This document shows positions 24,716-38,935 of a stretch of DNA of 64,000 nt, piece by piece. A program made the position numbers and the translations under genes. Location of the stretch: NCBI RefSeq assembly GCF_033153115.1, contig NW_026889758.1:24986001-25050000 (forward strand), read 5' to 3'. This DNA is from Saccostrea echinata (Eukaryota). The notes under the pieces were generated by a model. The model did not search any database, had not been told where the DNA came from, and worked only from the letters and a program-made list of their open reading frames with translations. Numbering within the stretch: the stretch's first letter is position 1; each line of letters starts with the position of its first letter.

Positions 24716-25603
24716 ATTCTTGTCCATCCAGTGTGATATTATTTTTGTTGATTCTAAAGTTGTATCAGTGTACATGTACATGTATTGTAATTTTTATACT
24801 TGTCCTATTTACAGCATAGTTTTATCATAAATTCATACCACATGGTATTGTTATGTAATATACATACCGGCCACGAGTATTTCACGGGGCCTCGTGGACC
24901 GAAAGTCCACTCTCTTGCGCGGACCTCGATAAATGTCGGTGTGTTTGAAGTTAGGGTTTTTTTTGCTATGTTTAACACGTTGTGTACACGGTGCATCACA
25001 GTGCACCATTACGGTATCACGCGAAACTTACAAAAAATCTATTCATTGTCTTTATTTAATCAATTACATGTATATCAATTTCCTTTGAAAATAAGAATTT
25101 TTAACTTTCTAAATTTAATATTAAATGGTACTTCTTAACCGATATACAAATGTTTGAACTAATACATGCAAGTTTCCATAAAATTCTATGATCCAAGCGC
25201 AGTTAAACCATTAAAACACTATAAATCTGTAATCATGTTAAGTATGGAGGTAAATATCACACACTACATACATTTCAAGTCTACTGCGCAAACATGGATA
25301 GAGATGATAATCAATTAAATAAAGTGACCAACGTACAAAAATTGTCAGCAGAATTTTGGGCAACTCAAATGTGCTATTCAACTTCTGTACAAATATTACC
25401 TAAATTATTCTGAGATTTATCTTTTGAAATATTTGTCAAAATGTTCGTAATGTATGTAGTTTTACATTCTTGTCCATGCAGCGTGATATTATTTTTGGTG
25501 ATTTTAAAGTTGTATCAGTGTATTGTAATTTTTATACTTGTCCCATTTACAGTATAGTTTTATCATAAATTGATACCATATGGTACTGTAATGTAATATA
25601 CAT
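24716..25603. repeat. Dispersed direct duplication of ~140-150 bp (24716-24865 and 25466-25603)
   Basis: ATTCTTGTCCAT..GTGATATTATTTTTG..AAAGTTGTATCAGTGTA..ATGTAATATACAT occurs twice. Confidence 0.8.
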
Positions 25604-26792
25604 GTACGTAGGATTGTACTTAATTATAAACAATATACATAGTTTTAGCTACTTAATTGAACTAGCTCGATTTTAACTATATTTTTTCTTTGTAGTTGTA
25701 CTCACATTTAAATGGTGTCACCTTTTAACAATAAACAACGATATTATAAATCATTAGTTAACTTTTAAAACTTCTAAAATCTCCGAGATAAAAATACTCT
25801 GCTTGTTTTACTACAGTCTTTACGTTATACCTTAAGGAGGCTCATTACACCCACAGGTTATTTTAGATTTCATTACAGCATCACTTATTAAGAACTAATG
25901 CGACTCAAGTGAATGGAATGAAACAGCTGCCATATGTGATGGGTCTTCATTATGATGAGGTGCTTTTTATATGCCGAACACGATTCATAAAAGGCAGAGA
26001 TCTATGTTTGTCTGCCATGTTACTTTGCAATTTTCGTTAGCTGTACGGCCCCTATATAAGCCGTTCACTTAATTGGTCTCGGTTCAGTGTAGGAAGTTCT
26101 CCCCGGTGTGGATAGACGTATTCTACATAGCTATTGTTAAACTTTCGGTAGCGACAAGGGTAACTGTGTGCTTCTTCCACGACAGAAGAAAAAGTTACCA
26201 AAGAAACTTAAATCAGTTGCACAGGTTTGTGCAGTACAAACAAAAATTTCAACATATATTTGTTGACAGGATAATACAGGATAATAGGAATAAAAAGGAA
26301 AAAAAATCGTTTTCTGGAATGTAAAAAAAGTTTGAGTCGGGCCATTTTTAGGTAATCGGCCGGGAGAGGGCACACAAACAATTTTTTAAAGATGGCCTTA
26401 CCCTGACAAAGTGAAGAGGATTGCAGGAGTTATTCCCCGTTGTCTACAACCTCTCCCTGGAGGGCATGTTTGACAAGCATTAGGGGACAATATTGCGTAA
26501 CTGGCCTAGCACATATCGAACTTGGACAAATTCCAGTTTCTGCCAAATTTGTAACAATCCGATGCTGCATTTGATAGGATATGGCGCCAGGATGTAAGAC
26601 CGCCATGTTACTTACCATGGTGAACTTTGTACAATACAATCGATATGCAGTTAAGATACGTGGATTTCTTTAACAGTGATAAATAACAGTATTATTACAT
26701 GATGAATTAATCTACTAGGTCTTATTCTTTACCAGAGATCATGGGAGTTGGAAATATTGTCAACAAAAACATGCCTAAATAAGGACTCCAAA

Positions 26793-29700
26793 ATGCTGTT
26801 GGCTGCTGCAATAACCTTTGTTAAAACTTTGTTGTGTAAAGTTATCTTCTTCGGAATAAGAGATGAATTTACGGGATGCAGTCCCGGGGATATGGTTGTT
26901 TTGTCACATGGAGGAAAAAGTATCAGTTTGAAAAGTGTGTCAACCATAACTTCTCCCTACATGATCCCAGATATCACAACATTATCTACTGAAAGGTATA
27001 GTTCATTTAGATAAACATCAAAATGTTTACACCATGACTAATCTTAATTTGTTCCATAACCATTACAGCTGTTAAATGCAAATGCCAACGTAAGACACTC
27101 AGCAAGTAAGGAATACATATAACATATAATATCTTTATGTTTATAAGCTATGTCAGAGATCATGCTCTCGAATTGCCCCGAGTGCCGAGTAAAGGCCCTA
27201 CACTGGTATATGGTGGCGTCTCAATATGAATGAAAAGTTCTCAAACGGGACGTAAAACAACAATCAATCAATCATACTCTCCCGAAAAATAACTATCAGA
27301 TGAATACCAATATATTTTGTTTGAGATTACCCACTTAAACTTATGATCCCTTTTGTTTCTTTACGCCTTTCAGTCTGCCACTGGATGATCGTCTCATGCC
27401 GTCCATTGGAAATGGCCAAGTTGCAATTGTGGTTAAAGGTGAAGGAGTCTTTATGAATGGACTTTACAATGGACATAACATAACTAGCCATCGTGCCAAA
27501 ATGCCAGCTGCATTTATAAAAGACATAGGCATAAAAAGTAACAGCCATCCCAAGTTCAACTATAGTCTTGATTTAGCAGCAGGTATACTAGTAGGTTATC
27601 ATTTCAGTTGATTTTGTACTTTATGTTATATATTTTATTCCAGAAAAATTAACGGATTTGAAAAAAACTTAACTGTATCATGATTATATTACTACCTGGT
27701 AAATGATCCATCTTATAGAAGAAATTGAATTTTTTTCACTATTTAAATGCAATTTTTCTATATACAAATTTAGTAGTGTTGTAAATCCTGTTTTTAGTAA
27801 ATTGCTTCCAATTCCAAGTTCTGAAGGGTTTCTATTTAATTGTTATGCCCCTGTAATCAGGGGCATATAGTTTTTGCTCTGTCCATCTGTCTGTCTGTTT
27901 GTCCGCAAAAACTTTAACCTTGCCCATAACTTTTGATTGGTTGGAGCTATGGCTTTCATAAGTTTCATTGCCTTGTGACAAGAGTTTTCTTTGGGTACCA
28001 TCATATTTGACCTTGATCTTGGAGTTTGACCCAGTTTTTGGAAAATTTTACCCAACTTTAACCTTGACCATAACTTTTGAACAGTTGAAGCTAGGGCTTT
28101 CATACTTCACATGTGTAATCCTTGTGACAAGACATTCCTTTGGATTTCAACAACTTTGACCCTTTGACCTGACCTAGGAGTTTGACCTACTTTTGAAAAA
28201 CTTTAACCATGGTCATAACTTTTGAAGAGTTGGTGCTAGGGCTTTTATATTTAAAATGTGCACTCCTTGTGACAAGACCTTCCTTTGGATACCAACAATT
28301 TTAGCCCATTGACATTGACCTTGGAGTTTGACCTACTTTTGTTAAACTTTAACCTTGGCAATTAATTTTGAATAGTTGGTGACTTGGTGCTAGGGATTTC
28401 ATACTTCACATATGTAATTCTTGTGACAAGACCTTACTTTGGATACCACCAACGTTGATCCTTTGACCTTGGAATTTGACCTACTTTTGAAAGACTTTAA
28501 CCTTGGCCATAACTTTTGAACGGTTGTTGCTATGGCTTTTATATTTCACACATGTATTTCTTGTGAGAAGGGCTTTCCTTGGACACTATTAATTTTGACC
28601 ATTTGAACTTGACCTTTATGTTTGACTTACTTTTGAAAACTTTAACCTTTTCCATATCTATTCAATGGTTGTTGCTAGGGCTTTCATATTTCATATTTCA
28701 CATGTACAGTTATATTCCTCGAGACAGTACCTTACTTTGGGTACCAACATGTTTGATTTGCATTTGAGAAAGTTTAACCTTTGATAGGAATTGTCATATG
28801 CGGACATCAGTGTTTCATAAATAAAATCTTATTTTTTATTAAGTACGGCAATGTGATGCTGTGAAGTTATATAAGTGCCATTTCGACATCGGTCTGTGTT
28901 AAAACTCCCTTTGTCCGTTTGATTTGGCGGATTAGCAACTCTGATAAAGTGGATTTTAATTTGAAGACAATGGCGAATATGACAGCTAGAAATAATAAAC
29001 CATTAATAAAGCTAGAAGTCAATGCTTTACAGGAATATTTAGATTCCAAAAGAATGTCTTAGGACTTAAATTTTCTTATATGTACCGGTATCGTATAGTG
29101 AGACTTCACCCATAGTGAGACTTCCACCGGAAGACTTGCTACATGTATATAGTGAGACTTCCCCCGGAAAAAATGGCTACATAGTGAGACCCCCCCCCCC
29201 CCCCCGAGTCTGGCTATAAAGTGAGACTCACTATATAGCCAGTCTTCGGGGGGGGGGGGTCCCTATATAGCCAGTCTTCCCCTCTTCATAGCGAGACTTC
29301 CCTCCTCAAATATAGTTTCCGGAATGATTTTTTTTTTCATTTTAAAACAATTGTTTTTTTTTTAACTAATGTTTTAAGTGTTTGAATAAAAGTTCTCCGT
29401 CATATGAATTAATAATTAAAACATTTTAATAGCGTTTGAACAGTTTGTTAGCCATAAATAATTTTGATATTACATATATTGGGTAAGTGAGATAATTGAA
29501 AGAAAAGGGTACGTATACGTACATAATTGTTACAAGTAGACATCTTTACTAAATTGCATTGTTTCAGGGCCCCTTTCAGCGGGCTCCCTGTAGTGATTTG
29601 TCTGTTTGCCTGTCCGTCCGTCCGCCCGAGTCATTCCATTGCCCGGAGCATACTATCTGGCCAAGTTGGGCTCAAACTACAGTTAATATAATACATTGTA

Positions 29701-32700
29701 AATTTATCCGATTATAATATTTGTCAAATGATTGAGTTGCAAATTTTTAATGGTAATTTTTTTTTAATAATTAAGTTTCCCTATTTGTTTCACCATTCAA
29801 TAATACAATCTATATATGAATGGTGATAACAACAGAATCTTCATATGTTATTTCTCAGATATGTAAAAATTAGCATTATGTAAGCTTAAATATACTCGAT
29901 ACTTAGGGCCATTGAGCAGTGAGGGATCTTTTTCGTGCCAGCACCTACTTCGACACGGGACGTCGGTTTATACGGTCTCATCCGATATGGGCAGGTCTTC
30001 ACGAACCGCAGTGGATTCGAACCCGTGTCCTTACACCGCGACTCTAGAGCAAACGCTCTAACCACTTCGTCACGCGGGCGACTTGTATAAAATGTAAGAT
30101 GGGGCCTAGAAATGTTTCATTTTTTACATATATCTGTACTCAGCAGATATCGTACTTAAAACATTGCCATTTAATTTTAGCGCTGAAATAAATTATATAC
30201 AAGTACTGAAACACTTTGAAACCGATTCTATTATGATATTTATATCATTCATTAATGTTGGACTTCCAGAGGTAAATAAAGAATACTGTAAATGATTTAT
30301 ATAAAACGGCAATCTGATTAAAATACACAGATCTCTTCATAGCGCAAAGCGCAGTGCGCTTTGCGCTATGAAGAGATCTGTATTTTAATCAGATTGATAA
30401 AACGGTTCCATCGCCGATGGAAATAAAATCCAAACCAAACACGGAAGGGGGAAACCTCACTTTTGGTTGTTAAGGGAGAAAGCTCACTATCTGGTCATTG
30501 TTCTCCCCAGGGGGAGGTCTCACTATATATGGCCAGACTTTTGGGGGGAAGTCTCACTATATGACACCGGTAGTTCCACATTATCAGTTTGTAGCACTGA
30601 TTACATATTAACTACAATGGGCTTCAGCATATGGTAAATATGTGGGTATAAGGACGAAGTCAAATGACAAGGTACAAACTTGATCGATATCATTTACCGA
30701 GTCTTCGGTCAATATTATTTCACATGGGTCCAACTTCCCTTCACAACCATATTTTATTAATTTATTAATGCATTATCACATTACTATGATTTAACAATAT
30801 TAATGCTACAACGAAAAGTGGGGGTTGGGGGGTGGGGGTGGGCTTTCAATATACATTTCCAATAGTTAAAGGTTTTGTTTAGAAAAAAGAGGGGGCAACC
30901 CTCTCCCCCACCCACCCACCCCCGCCTGTTAAAGACATGAAATAATAGTAAAAAATGAAATTGAAATGCTCTCAAGATTTAAGAATTATTTTGATTGAAT
31001 TTTTTTTCAATTAGGGGATTAAGGAATCCTAACTTACTTTTACTGCACATATTTTAAGCTGTTTTAGCATTAAAGGTACGAAAGCGTGTTAGGATCAATC
31101 TATGGAGAAAATTTTTAAAAGACGTTATAACCCCTTTCAAAAAGGCGTTATTACGCCTTTCTAAAAGGCGTTAATACGCCTTTCTTAAAGGCGTTATTAT
31201 GCCTTTCCAAAAGGCTTTTTTACGCCTTTTGAAGATCCATTATTATGCCTTTGACAAGCCCGTGCTTTTGAATGGGGGGCAGCCTCCCCCAAAAAGCAAA
31301 CAAAAAACAAGAAACCCCCCCCCCCCCCAAAAAAAACAAACTATACTGCCTAAACTCGAGGGGGATCTTTTTCTAACCTTGTTTTAAAACTTTTTTTAAA
31401 TGCAATAATTTGCCAGAGTTTAACCATACTACAACAAAAGTTTTATATTTAAACCATAGCAAGACTATTCTCCCAAAAAGTGGGGTGGGGGAGCCCCCTC
31501 CCACTTGCACTCGTACTACCGGCCTCTTTGAAAAGGTGTTACTGTATATCCAAAAATGGAAAGGCGTTATTTTATATTAATAAATATATGAAAGATTGAA
31601 TCAAAGCCATATTTATTTATGTAATATTTAAAAGTATTTTCTATATCTCTGCACATCTTGTAGACAACTGTTTGCATGCGTATTAAGAGAAGTCAACACT
31701 CTCCTTGTGAAAATCAAGGATGTAGGCAGATGCAGCTTGGGGTTTTGCTGTCCATGTATTAAAAATTCATGTCAAATTTGGAAAAATATTTTTCTCTCCT
31801 TTTGGAAAAAAGAAGGCGACTATTTGCATGGGTATAATGAGCAATTAGCCTTCAGCCAAATTTGTGACATACATGACCCTTGGTAGAGGTGTCTGGCTTC
31901 AAAGAAGGATTAAGTTGGTTAAACATTGAAAATATATTATACACATTTAAAAATCGTTTTTCCTGAAAATCTAATTACAATATGTTTAAATTATTTTTAA
32001 GAAATTAGACCTACATTTTAATTGTGAAATTCATGTCCCGAGGGTAAGATTTCAGCCTCTGGGGTGGGCTAAGTTATTCATGTATTGAAAATAAAAGGCG
32101 TAACAATGCCTTTTTGAAAGGCGTTATAACACCTTTTAGAGAGGCGTAATAACGCCTTTTTGATATTGGAAAGGCGTAATAACGCCTTTTTGAAAAGCGT
32201 ATAATAACGCCTTTTTTCGCGTTATTACCCTTTTTCCGCGTTATTACGCCCTTCGAACGATGCTATATTGCCTTTTCTCGCGTTATTACGCCTTTCTGAA
32301 AGGCGTTATAACGCCTTTTATTATTATTTTTTCCTATATAGATTGATCCTAATAGGCTATTTTTATCAGTGACTTTTTTCTGCTTTTCAGCTACGTATAT
32401 CGAGGAATATAAAACTATGAGATTTTTTATTCAAATGAAAATGTTTGCTCACCGAGCCGTAAAACAGTTACTTGTCACCATGGTGACAGTACAAAATACA
32501 GGACAAGCCACCCTTAGCCTAGGTTTGAACACCACAAAAATCGCTGATACTGAAGACTTAGAAGTAACCTCGACCACCAACCACTCTATCGGGTAAAAAG
32601 TTCCCTAATGACGATGTTTACTTTGAACACTTTTGTTGTGCCAACTGGTGATTTAAGGTAGTACACAACAGAAGATATGCCAAATTATTTTTCAAGTTAA

Positions 32701-35700
32701 ACTGTTTGAAATTTCTTTTTATATTTTGTTCTAAGAATCTAAACCTCTAACTGTTTAATGAGATAATAAAAAAATCTATCCTCACATTCTTGCTCACATA
32801 ATTTCAAAATATAGCGTAGCAGACGTGAGTAAGAAGATTGTGCAAAAATCACACATTCGTTTTTAGAATGTGTTTAAATATAACTTTTTAATTTGAGATG
32901 CAACAAATCTTTGTGGAATTTATCATTAAGGCTTTTTGTTACTTATATTGTACTTAATATTTGTGTACACTCTGATGTAAAAATAGAATTAGGTTTGCGA
33001 ATCGCAAATACACTATACTTAAAGATTTCTAAGAAGAAAATACACGATTAAAATTTTAAGAAAATTTAACACCCCTCCCCCCCAAAGGAAATGACACAAA
33101 AATTAAAGCATCATTAAGCCAACACTGTGGGTAGCACGTGGCCTGTATGTACACAATTTTGAAAAATAATTTAGATATTTTGGAGTTTTTGGAAAATTCA
33201 ATGAGGAAAAAAATTAAGATATATGGTAGAACTAGATGACTCCATTATATTTTATCTGGTACAGTATGTTATTGTGATTATTGGAAGAATTTTTTTCTTT
33301 AAATACAGTATCATAAGTGGAAGAACGAAGGAAAGTGAATATGACATCACAGGACTACAGAACGTCACTATGATACATACAATAATACCGGAGGAAATCA
33401 CTGTAGAGCCATTTGAGCAAATAACCCACCTTTACCTACTGAGCATCGATTCAGATCCAGAAATCGCTAAGAATTCATTTAATAAAGGTTTGCTCTGTTG
33501 CTTGCAGTTTTGAAAATTATATACATGTATCTACATTTCACGACTGCTTTCAGTCTCAGTGCTGTTGCCAGGCTGAATATTTTAATCTAAAAATGCAGTT
33601 TTTCTTATATATACCTGTAGGTGTTGAAATGTTCTTCAACCAGACCCTAGAATCCAGTCACGTAAACGCCTGGGCAAATGTATGGAAGACTGGGCGCGTT
33701 GATATTACCGGAAATAAAACCTTGGCCACCCTCGCTTATTCGTCTTTGTATTATATTTTGAGTTCTCTTCCTTTGAAAGATTCCCGCGATTTTGTTGGAT
33801 TGTCGCCTGGCGATCTAGCTCATGGATCAGGTAATAAGGTAAAAGTTCTTCACATCATAAATAAGAGAGCACGCAGGTTAGACCTTTGTCAACCCAGCAT
33901 TTCTGTCCAGAATTTATACGAAATTGAAAGGAAAAAAATTCAATGCAGCCTTGAATCAGAGCTGCTTTGAAAGTTATTAAGTTCTTTCTTGCTCGAGAGT
34001 AACCTATTTTAAAAGAATCATAAAATCAGAGACAACCTTTGAGATGCCTTGTGGAGAGTGAAAAAATAAATAGCAATACAGACAAATAAAACAAACGTCT
34101 TCCATCTGTGGGAGATAATTACCCGGTATTCTGTACAGGTAAAGCCTCTTAATACATGCATTGTCCGAATGCTGTTAAACACTTCAACTATATATACCCT
34201 TAAAAAACCCAGATAGATTTCAGATGGAGTCTCACTCAAATTACTGTGGTATCAATACCTTACATTATGGAGACTTATTATTAAATTCAACACTTACTCT
34301 ACAAGGATGGAAGCTACAGCATTATTCTATCTGGATGAAGAAAAAAAATGTTTTAAAAGTAAGGCACATCACAATACATGTATATAATTCATTTAATTAG
34401 AATTGCTTTTGTTCTTTTCAACGCAGGATTACATGGGTCATGTGTTCTGGGACCAAGAAACTTGGATGTATCCGTCCATACTTTTACTACACAGTCAGAT
34501 AGGCAAGGTCATTGTTAAAACCCGAAACAAAACACTGGGAGCCGCTAAAGAGACAGCAAAAATGAGGGGTTACGATGGTGCCATGTATCCGTGGGAAACT
34601 GCACTTTCAGGTACTCATTTATTGCAGTCAATCTTTTAACTGTATAAGTTTTACATAAAAGATAACAAAAAGACATAAAGAGAGGTGAAATTTATTATTT
34701 CCTGCAATCTATCCTTGTAGGACTTGATGTAACAGCAGATCCTATATATTTCTTAAATGAACAACACATCACTGGCGACATTTCATTTGCTATTAGACAG
34801 TACCTTTATTTGACACATGACATTTATTTCCTGAATCAAGAATCTGGGCAAGCTTTAATCAACGAAATAGCGAAATTTTGGGCTTCACGTGTTTCTCTCA
34901 ATTCTTCAACAAATATGTACGAAATACATGGTGAGTATTCAATTCCCCAAAACTTTCTGATTTGAAAAGATCCTTTGATTTCAACTAGTGTATATTGAAA
35001 CGGCGGCAAATTTGAAATGGGAAATGGTCACCTCTTCGGAAAGGAATCTATCATGATTTCCCGTTACTTGCCATCAATAACAAATGCACCTATATAGCAC
35101 ATCTTCGAGAAAAAAAATCAGAGGTCACAATCGAATAGTAATATAAATATTGTATGTAGCTGAAGGTAAAATTGAAAATTTTCAGCTTAAGAAAACCATT
35201 TACAACAGGGCACAGTTTTATCGTAGGAGAGAATGGTATCAAACAGTTTGCCAATGCATTTTTTCTGAAAGTGTAAATGACTGCGATTCAGGGCAGTGGT
35301 AATTCGGAGTAAGATACCTTCTGTTTTAATGTTTATCAAGTTATTATTGTGGTACTATAGTTTTTTTAAAACTGTCATCGACATTTTCAGTTATAAGAGA
35401 GTTGCAGAATTAAAAATAAATATTGCCTCTGTTTGTACATATGTAGACGTCATGCCACCAGATGAATGGCACCAGCAAGTAAATAACTCGGCATTTACCA
35501 ATGCTGTGGCAAAATTGAGTCTTCTGCTGCCTGAATTTGTCTGTAATTTAACGAATACCAAGCCCGATCCTAGGTTCAAAGCCATTGCAGACCGATTGTA
35601 CATTCCATACGACAGAAAAATAGACTATCACCCTGAGTTTGATGGTTACACAACAAGTAAGCAAGTCTGAGTACATAAAGCGATTTTTCCGCAACATTGA

Positions 35701-38566
35701 AGTTGAAAACAATTAGAATAATATGTGTCTAATATGTGAAACCGGAGGGGACTATAGGTTTCCTCTGAGTCTGTCCGTCCGTCTGTCTGTCTGTCTAGCT
35801 GTCCCTCTGTCTGTCCCACTTGGTTTTCCGCATTTTTTTTCTAAACGCTTGCAGATATTGAACTGATTTTTGGTATGTGACTTTATCTTGATGAGTACAT
35901 GTAATAGATCAAGTTTTCATTTCGTTCCGCTTCATTGATTTTTGTCGGAATTATGGCATTTTCAATTCTTAACGGGAACCAGATTACACTTGCCGGTAGG
36001 GGACTAGTATTGCTAATGCTTGTTCTGTTAAAAGTTGCCAGCGTAAAAATATCTTTGTACATTCCTCTAAAAAGATTAAAACCATGTTCAATTTATTTAA
36101 AATTAGAAATTTATAAGCAGTAAATTTTGGTCTTCGTTGTAAGTTCTTTCGTAAAACGGTCCACTGGTCCATAAGCTTCTTTTCTTTCTTTTTTTTCTTT
36201 TTTTTAAGATCTCAAGCATTCTTTTATAGATATGCAGGTAAAACAGGCAGATGTTATCTTGTTGGGCTTTCCTTTCATGCTGAACATGACACACAGTACT
36301 AGAAAGAAAGACCTACGGATATACGAAGCAGTGAGTTTGCAATTACATGTAGAAATGGACCAGGGCAATTCGCAGTGCATATTCTGATACAAATTCATAC
36401 ATTTGTTTAATGAAATTCCGGTTATTCTTATTGAAAAATTTGAAGACTGTGTACATGTACTATAAAATCACATATTTATGGTAAGATATTCGTTGTTTGA
36501 GAAAAAAAAGGGTTCGTGGGGATTTGATGTGTCAGATGAAGAAATGTTGAGTAGTTATGTACATTCGTAGTTGACATGAATTCGTGGGTCTCCAAACACA
36601 ACAAAAATAAAAAAAATTAACTTCCCATGAAAATCAGTGATTTCCCAGTAGTTTACTTTTTAGGTAACGCCTGGAGGACCTGCTCTTACCTGGAGTATGT
36701 TTGCTGTAGGGAACCTGGAGATCGGTGATACAGAGAGAGCCTCCAATCACTTTACTAGACAGCTCCTCAATGTCGCAAAACCTTTCAATGTTAGTCTGAT
36801 TATTGGGATATAATTAGGGGAATGTCTGTAATTATAAATTTATAGATTTTGTAAATAAATCCCTGCGCCAGAGTTCATACCCTTTATATTACATCAGTGT
36901 AAGGTTATGTTATATTGAGATGTCATTTGGATAAAATTATAAATTTAATTAAAAGGCTACATTCGTTTTCGATAAACAACAAAAAGAGAACACGGTGGTG
37001 ATTGCGGTTGGCGGACCAAAGTTGCTGGCAATTTTTAATGAAACTGACAACAAAAAGTCAATTAATTCTTTGAAAAAGCATCATAAGTGATTTATTCAAT
37101 CAAAACTTGACTTAAGTGACATGTACTTGTGATAATTGTTTTTTAAAAACCTTTAGAATGTGATTGAAAACTAGAAAGTTACTGGTTTGTTTTTGAAATC
37201 CAGAAATTCTGATTTATAAACTTTGTTAATTAACATTAAAACATTTATTAGCATAAAAAAATGACGAGAATTCAAAAAATAGGTTATTTTTTAATTTTAT
37301 TACCGTTTTAACGAAATCGTCACGCTGACGCGTGACTCAGAAAGAGCACGTACTATTTCCATATAATTTGTACGTACCGGTAAAGTGCAGAACTTTGTCT
37401 CATATTAATGTAGATGCTCTCAGTGGCGAATATGCACATTTTACTGATAAAATTAGCACAACCTTAGTTCTACCAATAGTCTTTGGGACAACGGCACTTT
37501 ACTGGTACGCACATAGCTCGTACGTGCTCGTCCTATATAAAATTGAGTCAAGCGTCAGTAAAATGTGCATATTTGCCACTGAGAGTATCATGGGCATTCA
37601 TGGCGAACCTGAGTACAGTACATGTATGTACAAGAAGTACAGCGTATTACTTATAAACTTGCTGTCATTTAATGAATAAGGTATTGTCAATTAACTAAAT
37701 TGGTATTTTCAAGTTCTTACCAAAATTAATAAATAAATACAAAAAAAAAAAAAAAAAAAAAAAAAAATTAAAGGGGTGGGGGGTATCTATTTCTGCATCT
37801 ACATTAACTGCAGAATTTTGTACAAAGTACTTCTTCCTGGTGTAAACTTTAATTAACCTGTCAGTAGACACCATTAAATATATTAATGGAATTGTTCCGT
37901 CATAAGAATTCAATTCTCCGCGCTTGCATGTACTAGTATATAATATGCCAAATGAATACACATCTTTAATGCAAAATCACAAATGATTTTTTCTTAGTTT
38001 GCCCCTTTTTAAATCGAAGATCGACTTTTTGCTTGCGGAATTATCCCTGGAAAGTATTGTTTGATACAGTATTGCACTCGATCATAACATTGAAAATAAA
38101 GTTCAATAATTTGGACATGGATCACTCATTTACTATGCATTATTCACCCATTTTCTTAAGAAACCCTGTATTTATCTTTATAACTTCTGTTTGTAACCAG
38201 GTTTGGACGGAGAACGCCGATGGTACAGGAGCCGTCAATTTTATCACAGGGATGGGCGGATTTTTACAGTCTCTGTTGTTCGGTTATGGTGGCATCCGGC
38301 TTCATCCAGACAGAATCGACTTCCACGGTCGTCTTCCGCCGTCAACTACTTCGTTTAATATCACGGGGCTGGACTATCTTGGCGGATCTATAGATTTTTA
38401 TTTTTCAGAGGAGATGACTTCTGTTCGTCTGATACATTCAGCTCGATATGTTTTAAAGCTGAGAACAAAATTTAAGAACTTAGTATTAATTGTAGGGAAG
38501 TCACAAACTTTTCCAAACACCGCAGCAAGTATTGTGCCAGACTTAAAGAACAAAAGAAATCGATAA
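26793..38566 (+). CDS. PGGHG: GH65 protein-glucosylgalactosylhydroxylysine glucosidase (ATHL1-like), copy 1, ~735 aa. Exons 26793-26995, 27374-27582, 32391-32592, 33309-33487, 33621-33838, 34427-34610, 34721-34930, 35447-35656, 36230-36330, 36664-36789, 38201-38566
   Basis: Motifs PSIGNG, YMGHVFWDQETWMYP, GAMYPWETA, EQHITGDISFA, VMPPDEW, NNSAFTN, YHPEFDGY, VKQADVILLGFP, GPALTWSM, VWTENADGTGAVNFITGMGGFLQ. The 2208-nt frame is intact. Confidence 0.92.
27175..27274 (+). mobile_element. 3' end of a SINE-like repeat
   Basis: ..GAAAAGTTCTCAAACGGGACGTAAAACAAC followed by an (AATC)n tail. The GGGACGT..AC tail resembles that of the SINE at 48629. Confidence 0.55.
27843..28833 (-). mobile_element. pearl/HINE-type element, family B, copy 4 (in PGGHG-1 intron 2)
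   Basis: Reverse complement of the family B termini and array. Confidence 0.88.
29903..30083 (-). mobile_element. tRNA-derived SINE
   Basis: Minus strand: A-box-like AGTGGTTAGAGCG, B-box GGTTCGAATCC, then a body ..CCCGTGTCGAAGTAGGTGCTGGCACGAAAAAGATCCCTCACTGCTCAATGGCC. Confidence 0.8.
30310..30396. mobile_element. 87-bp foldback MITE with 9-bp TSD (Mutator-like)
   Basis: ATAAAACGG|CAATCTGATTAAAATAC ... GTATTTTAATCAGATTG|ATAAAACGG. Confidence 0.9.
31100..32340. mobile_element. TIR element with AGGCGTTATTACGCCTTT subterminal repeat arrays
   Basis: Inverted arrays at 31120-31260 and 32095-32320, with imperfect TIRs. Confidence 0.7.
35737..36025 (-). mobile_element. pearl/HINE-type element, family C (single internal unit)
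   Basis: Reverse complement matches 4245-4703. Confidence 0.82.
37414..37589. mobile_element. MITE with ~35-bp TIRs
   Basis: GATGCTCTCAGTGGCGAATATGCACATTTTACTGA ... TCAGTAAAATGTGCATATTTGCCACTGAGAGTATC. Confidence 0.75.
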
Positions 38567-38935
38567 TTTACTTTTTAAAAAAGTCTTTTCATGTTTGTCA
38601 GTGTATATATTTAAATTTAAAAAATCAAATCAAAACAATGTAGCAATTTGCTTAATAAAACATTCTGTTCTAAGAAGGTGTACAAATAAAATATGTGGAT
38701 GTCAGTTCATGTTTTTTCTCGTTTGTTTGTACTGGTATTGAGTGTATCATTTTGTGTTTTTGAGTGTATATCAGAAAAACTGTGAGATTAGATAAGATGC
38801 ATGCAAGCTCTGATTTAAAATTTTTAGGTAACTAAGAACTTCAGATATGTAATTTAATCGAGTTGTTTAAATTTTAGGCTAGCTAACTTGCGCTCTAAGA
38901 GAATAGTAATTTCGTCACATGTCACAGGTTCGACC

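Larger units (their letters stand above)
29085..30570. mobile_element. 1.5-kb TA-TSD TIR element containing a nested SINE and a foldback MITE
   Basis: TA|CCGGTATCGTATAGTGAGACTTC ... GAAGTCTCACTATATGACACCGG|TA, with ATAGTGAGAC subterminal repeats. Confidence 0.82.
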
